From Paraspadella gotoi (lineage: Eukaryota; Animalia; Chaetognatha): a stretch of 64,000 bases of DNA. Below the pieces are notes generated by a model, which was not told where the DNA came from, searched no databases, and worked only from the letters and a program-made list of their open reading frames with translations. This document shows positions 57,779 to 64,000 of the stretch, in pieces; within the stretch, counting starts at the first letter, position 1, and the number at the start of each line of letters is the position of its first letter. The position numbers and the translations under genes were made by a program. The stretch spans positions 21,047,775 to 21,111,774 of the forward strand of contig CM119270.1 in the NCBI GenBank assembly GCA_051294375.1. Reading direction: 5' to 3'.

Positions 57779-58861
57779 AAATCTCGTTTCCAATCGAAAC
57801 TCGTAAGAAATCGGACCCATGGGTTATTGAGCTTTTCAGTCTTCGCCATCTTTGAATTATTGATCTTAAAGAGGAAATTGAAGCTCGAGTATTCTGAATA
57901 TTAATGAATGAATAAGAATGAATCTAGCTTTGTTTAATTCATTCGGCTTTTTGATATTTAACGGATCGATTTAGTCAACAATTTGACGAACAAATTTCAG
58001 AAAAGGGAAAAAGAAAATATTTGTATTATCACTAAAATGATTTTCAATTAATCCAATTAATTGTCCACAAGCCTAATTAATAATTATACACGGACTGATT
58101 CGATACAATCACGTCGTCAGTTACCACAGATGTTCCAAAATGTCCTCGTTCATGACGTAAAACTCGATTTACTTGATTTCATCGTCACCTTAAATATCCA
58201 TATAATTAAACATTCGAAATTAAGTGACTAACTTATACGTCGTTCCCTATTTAAGTCAACCATTCGAGTCACCAGGCAATAAACAAACTGGAGAATATTC
58301 ATCGATTTATAAAGATAAATAATTTTGTTTTACTACTATATGCAAATGAGAATTTTGTGCAGTTAATGCATGAAGCCAGGATAAAATATTTTCAAAATTA
58401 TAATTAAATAGACAATGGGTAAGGAAAAACAAACAGTAAAAAAAAATTTAATAAAGAATGACAAAAAAGTTTGTGATTGTATTTGAAATTAGTGATTTTT
58501 ATCAATGGTAATTTTTCCATTACTTAAGAAAAATGTGATATTAGAAAAAAGGCAAAGAAATATAATTCAATAAGAATAATACGTTTCAAACTTTTTATTT
58601 GGTAACAATTGTATTATTATTATTATATTATATTATTGTAGTACAATTGCGTAAAATGCTAAAATCTAGATCAAATTCAAGTATTTGTTAATTAACTACA
58701 TTAATTAATTAATGTAGTTAGTTAATTATTTAATTAATAATTAAACAAGAATTAACATTAACTAAACAATAAATCCTACATTAACGACAAAATTAACATC
58801 AACATTAACATTAATCCTACATTAACATATTAACATTAATACTACATAAACAATAAAAATC

Positions 58862-60644
58862 CTAATCCTCTACCTCTTCTTTATTCCACCATTTAAAAAA
58901 AGTGACGACGACGATGGCGACGAAGACGACGACCACGCCCACCGTCTCTTCCTCGCTCAAAGTCTCATCGAAGTATTCCAGCGACATGAGCGCCGTGGTG
59001 GGGATCATCCCGGCGTTGAAGACGTTGTTGATGAAACCGGCGTTCCCGGCGCCGGTAGACTCCAACTCTGCGCAGCCGAGTTGTTGCGCGAGACGATAGA
59101 CGTTTGACATGACGCCGGTTGTGACGATACCGAACACTATCATCGGTGACGCCGCCATCGGTGACGCCGAGAATCTCGGCGCTCCAAAGATGGCGAGGAT
59201 GACGCCGAGGACGACGAATCCGCTCACGAGGTTGACGCATTGAAAGTTGGACCTAAATGATATTTCTGTTATGTACCATCTTGGAAAATTAATAAGTCAT
59301 CGAAACCTTTTCGAATTTCAGTAACTTTTCTAGCTTATAATTTAGGGGTAAAAAAGTTTTTTTCTGCTTCAAGTGGGTCTCTTTTAACAGTAATGTGATT
59401 AGAAATAGCAGAGTAAGTAATAAAAACTAAAGAAANNNNNNNNNNATACATTAAAACTGATTATCAAATATATCATATTTGTTTCCGGATTTTAATATTA
59501 GTTAATTAAAGAAGTCAAAAGTTGGTTAAAAGTTTTGGCGACTTATTTATTTTCCAAAATGGTATATATCATTTTTCTTTAAAATATTTATTTTATTGTG
59601 TAAAGGACTTTCTTTTCGTTGCGTTAAAATTAAGAGTTAAGGAAAACGTTTGTTTGTTTGTTTTGTTTCGACTAAGTTTATAGTCATGGATTTCAGTAAA
59701 GTGAAGACTTTTTTTTAAAAAAAATTCATATAAACTTAACGTTACTTTATTGATCTTGTCTTCGGTCCATCCTAAGTTATGACTGATGTTGTGGCGGTAT
59801 ATTCACACCGCCTCACGTCCACCATCCGTCAGCCAAATCCAATGGCTCAGAGGGGGAACACACCATCCCAGGCGTAGTGTTCCATCCACAGTCCTAATGA
59901 CTTCCCTCTGCGTTGGCAAAGCGAGACCGTCCTAGGGTAACCGCGCCAGTGACTGGAGGCGTCACTGAGGGTCGGATACCCCATCCCAATGGGCATCACA
60001 GGCAACCCGGCTGTTGCCATAATGTAGCCAAATTTATAAACGTAATTTTTTATTTCTATTATAATTTATAATAACCAATGAACGCGGGGAAAGAAGCCAA
60101 AAAGATAAGGCGACGCCATCGTAACGAATCCGCCGAAGAGAGCGTAAACGTAGGCGTGGATTGGCGTCGTCGTTTTCCCGCCAAAGATAAACTCCGGCCT
60201 CGTTATCAAGACGATCCCCGCAGCAGCCATCGCCGCGCCCAGCAGATCAACGACGCCGGGACGGCGCCGGCGCTGCAGCGCAATGATCAGCGGCGCGACG
60301 AGAAGTCCCGCGCAGTCGAAGGTGGCGTAGTCGCCCAGCGGCATAACGGCGACGGCTGAGCGCCATAAAGCGAAATTGACGGCGCTCAAGGTGCCGAGCG
60401 CCGCGAAGGAGAAGAACTTGGCACCGGAGTCCAATTCCCATCGTTTTAGGGCCAAGGGGATCGTCGGTAGGGCAGAGAGAAGTTGCCCGACGTAGAAGAG
60501 AAAATATCCGGCGCTGACGGGCATCGATATTGTCGGGCGGAAGATGCACGACATTGCACTGTTGACGAAAACGTAAGATGTACTGAGGATGACGCCCCAA
60601 AGAAAGTGTATCGATCGATCCGAGAGGTCAGCACTATCTCCCAT
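58862..60644 (-). CDS. EamA/DMT-superfamily transporter (SLC35G-like), 2 exons, about 319 aa
   Basis: Exons 60644-60076 and 59252-58862 join in phase 2 (HW|SNFQ). About 10 hydrophobic segments in two similar halves: MPLGDYATF...GIVLITRPEFIFG, and a C-terminal YFDETLS...VGVVVVFVAIVVV. Confidence 0.85.
59436..59445. other. Assembly gap (a second gap lies at 62609-62633)
   Basis: Runs of N. Confidence 1.
59790..60021 (-). mobile_element. Solo-LTR-like element (family 3) in the EamA gene intron
   Basis: Reverse-complement copy of 42307-42565 with TSD ATGT (59786-59789, 60022-60025). Confidence 0.75.
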
Positions 60645-60781
60645 TCTGCTAAATGTTTATTTATTCTGTTAATTTTAAAATTTATTTCAATGTTTATTCG
60701 GCTTTGGGAAATCAATAAACGATCGACTAGTAAGTAGTAACTATTGTTTCATTTTGTTTTACTTTTTTTTTTTGTTATGTG

Positions 60782-61474
60782 GGTAGATCCCGACTCTATA
60801 ATCCATTTGTCGCTCGGTCGGTCCGCCCCTTCAATCATGTTGGGCATTCACTTATATCAAGTCAGAACATCGAATTATGATAAATTATGCAAAAAATATA
60901 TGTCCGTCCGTCTGTCCGTTCATATGTCCGTCTGTCCGTGGGTAGGAAAGTTTGTGATTAAGCTGGAAATGAAGTTTTTATGCAATCGTCTGAGTGGAAA
61001 TGACTTTAAATGGAAAAAACAAAAAACCTGCTTCGCTAATTGATTATGCTTGTTATTCAATTTATATTAAATATAAATGCAATATGTATTAATTAATAAA
61101 ATAATTAATTAGTTAATTAATTAATTAACCAATAATTAATTAATCAGTTAATTAATCAATCAATTTATTATTCAATAAATATTAATATTAATTAATTATT
61201 CAAGCAATCAATTTATTTATCAATTCATTAATTATTTAATCAATCAATCAATCAATCAATTAATTAAGTATGTCAACCGTTATCGGCATTATTGTCGTCA
61301 TCGCCATCATCGTTGTCATTGCTTTTGTCGTGATCATTGACGAAAAGACCTAAAAACAAACATTTTAAATCAAATTTTTTAATTAAATAATTAACAGCCT
61401 AATTAATTAATGAACTTGAATTAATTAATAAATAATTAATTACCGCTAATGATCGTGGGCAGATCCGACATTGT
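60782..61474 (+). mobile_element. DINE-1/HINE-like copy immediately upstream of the EamA gene
   Basis: Core, GTCC repeats and 3' GGCAGATCCGACATTG shared with the other copies. 5' end truncated. Confidence 0.6.
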
Positions 61475-62834
61475 GATGAATCTGGAAATCAAGTTTCGAT
61501 GTCATCGTCTGAGTTTAAATGAAAAAAAAACCTGTTTCATTAATTAATTTTTTTTTATAATTACGTAATACCGTTACAATTATAAGATTTTTAGCATTTA
61601 AATTTATTAGGAAAAACAAACTGTAGATTTGAGAGAGTGAATTAAAATAGCCTCAACCCAAGGATAATGAAAAGTCGAAAAAATCTAGGAAGGAATATCG
61701 CTCGGGAAAAAAAAATTATTTAATTTATTAATTAAGTCGGAAGTAAGCTCGGAATCAGTCGACGGATCGAGGTTAAAATGTGTTAAAAAGATAAGTTTTC
61801 TTTTAAATTTTATTCTAGAATTATTACATGGTGATAATTTAAAACCCGTCGGCAAAAACAATTTACCATTCAAAAACGCCTAGAGATTTTAACATTATGG
61901 GGAAAAAAATATCCTTAGCCAAGACATACACGTTTTTCATGTCCTTTGAGTAATACTCAATGAGTATACTTACTTTTGCTTTTTATTTACTGGTATTTTC
62001 TGTGCAAGTTGCAGTCACTTTATTACCAGTACAATTAACATGATTGCAACAACATGAAAAAATCCCCACTGAATTAAAAATTACACACTATTACAACATC
62101 CCACACTTGATGAGTCGCGGATTTTTAGCAGTGGCGTCGATTGTCGTGGAAACGGACAATACGATCCTTCAGTCTGTCTGTCTGTTTATAAAACGAGACG
62201 GAGCCAGACAATGTCCGTCTATTTTCTCTTCGTTTTCTGTCAAAGATCGAGACGTTGCTCGAGGCACCGACGCTGAAAGATGGCGCTGACGACCACGACG
62301 ACGACGAAGACGATGACGAAGAAGAAGACGACGACGACAACGATGCTGACGACGACACCGACGACAAGGACGACAACGACGATGACTAAAAAGACGACGA
62401 CGATGACGATGTACTGTAGACGAGGATGATGAAAACGACGACGACGACTTGAACGACTGTAAAGACGACGACGATGATGAGGACGAAGACGACGACGACG
62501 ACGACGACCAGTCAGCGAAAGTCAAAATGATTTATTTCTCCAAGATTCTCATCACATTTTCACCCTCTGGCGACCGACCTCAAAAAGTCGTGGTTGTTGT
62601 TGTTATTGNNNNNNNNNNNNNNNNNNNNNNNNNTCGTTGTCATTTTTTTTCGTATCACGGTGACCGTCACGTGACCGTCACGTGACCGACAATCGAATCT
62701 CGGGCGAAAAAATTTGTTTTCTTTTTTTTTTTTTTTTTTTTTGGGCGAGGACTTTGAGAGTTTTGGCGGTTCTCTCTTTCTCTCTCTGTCTCTGTCTTTC
62801 TCTCTCTCTAATTCACTCTCTCTCTTTCTATCTT

Positions 62835-62871
<37 letters not shown>

Positions 62872-62917
62872 TCTTTCTCTCACTATTCTCCCTCTCTGTC
62901 ACTCTCTCTCTCTTTCT

Positions 62918-62989
<72 letters not shown>

Positions 62990-63155
62990 TTCTTTCTTTT
63001 CTCTCACTATTTCTCCCTCTCTTTCACTCTCTCTCTCTCTCTCTTTCTTATATTCACTTCTTTGCAAACAAGAATTCCTGATATAAATTCGCGGACGATC
63101 TTTAATCCTTATTAAAGTTATTTTAATTTTAGAACAGAATTCTCAATCTCTCTCT

Positions 63156-63230
<75 letters not shown>

Positions 63231-63417
63231 TCTCACCCTAACCGCAGCCCTTTTCCCCCCGGGGATCTTACACCCCGTGCCTGGGGGGCAGCGGACCCGA
63301 CGCTAAGTTCTGCCCTTTCCTTTTTAAGTTACATCCTTTTCACGAAAGACAAAGTGGTCGTCACTCTTAACATCCGGGTGATAGCGCCAGCGGGTGGGTC
63401 AAATTTAGGGGGGGGTT

Positions 63418-63484
<67 letters not shown>

Positions 63485-63516
63485 AGAGACGATTTAGTCC
63501 AACTTGGATTGAATGA

Positions 63517-63816
63517 ATGCGTAATAAAGAGGAAGATTTACGATAAGATTCCTCTACCTCATGAAACTCTTTCTTTTTTTCTAAACTTTTTCTAATTTTA
63601 TCTAATTTTTTTTTTTATAAATTTAATCCCAAACTTTTCTGTCAATCTTAAAACACGTAACCCTCTATGCGTAATAAAGAGGAAGATTTACGAGTAAGAT
63701 TCCTCTACCTCATGAAACTCTTTCTTTTTTTCTTTAAACTTTTTCTAATTTTATCTAATTTTTTTTTTTTATAAATTTAATCCCAAAGCTTTTCTGTCAA
63801 TCTTAAACACGTAACC
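63517..63816. repeat. Direct tandem duplication of about 150 bp
   Basis: ATGCGTAATAAAGAGGAAGATTTACG... occurs at 63517 and 63667; the copies differ mostly by indels. Confidence 0.85.
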
Positions 63817-64000
63817 TCAACGTTTAAAGGTTTATTGGTTTTTTTTATTTTAAAAGTTAACGTTCCTTTTTGTGCCAATTTTACAGTTGGATATATTTTT
63901 ATTTTACAGTTAGCGCTTTGACATATACGTAAAGAATCGGACTTTTGTCATCGCTTGAAAAAGTGTCACTCGGTACTTAAAAATTTTATTTGAAGAAATA

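Overview
AT-rich, intron-rich eukaryotic DNA, probably an invertebrate animal, with many microsatellites, two N-gaps and signs of uncorrected indel errors. Four spliced minus-strand genes can be rebuilt by hand: an 18-exon M13 neprilysin/ECE-like metallopeptidase (1630-13476, with one in-frame TGA and one 4-bp frameshift), a 3-exon MFS transporter (15442-21234), an 8-exon gene fusing two EF-hands to a DUF924 domain (23147-38348), and a 2-exon EamA/DMT transporter (58862-60644). There are also three copies or fragments of a divergent multi-TM gene resembling XK-related proteins. The most striking non-coding feature is a miniature LTR retroelement (TRIM-like) present as a full copy, a 3-LTR tandem array and two solo LTRs. 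All four insertions have perfect 4-bp TSDs and TA...CA termini; the internal regions carry a tRNA-Trp-type PBS and a PPT; each LTR contains a tRNA-derived Pol III cassette. Two more solo-LTR-like families with 4-bp TSDs, five DINE-1/HINE-like elements, hAT-type MITEs, a foldback element and a CCA-tailed tRNA-Leu fragment are also visible. All calls are by eye; no database searches were run.
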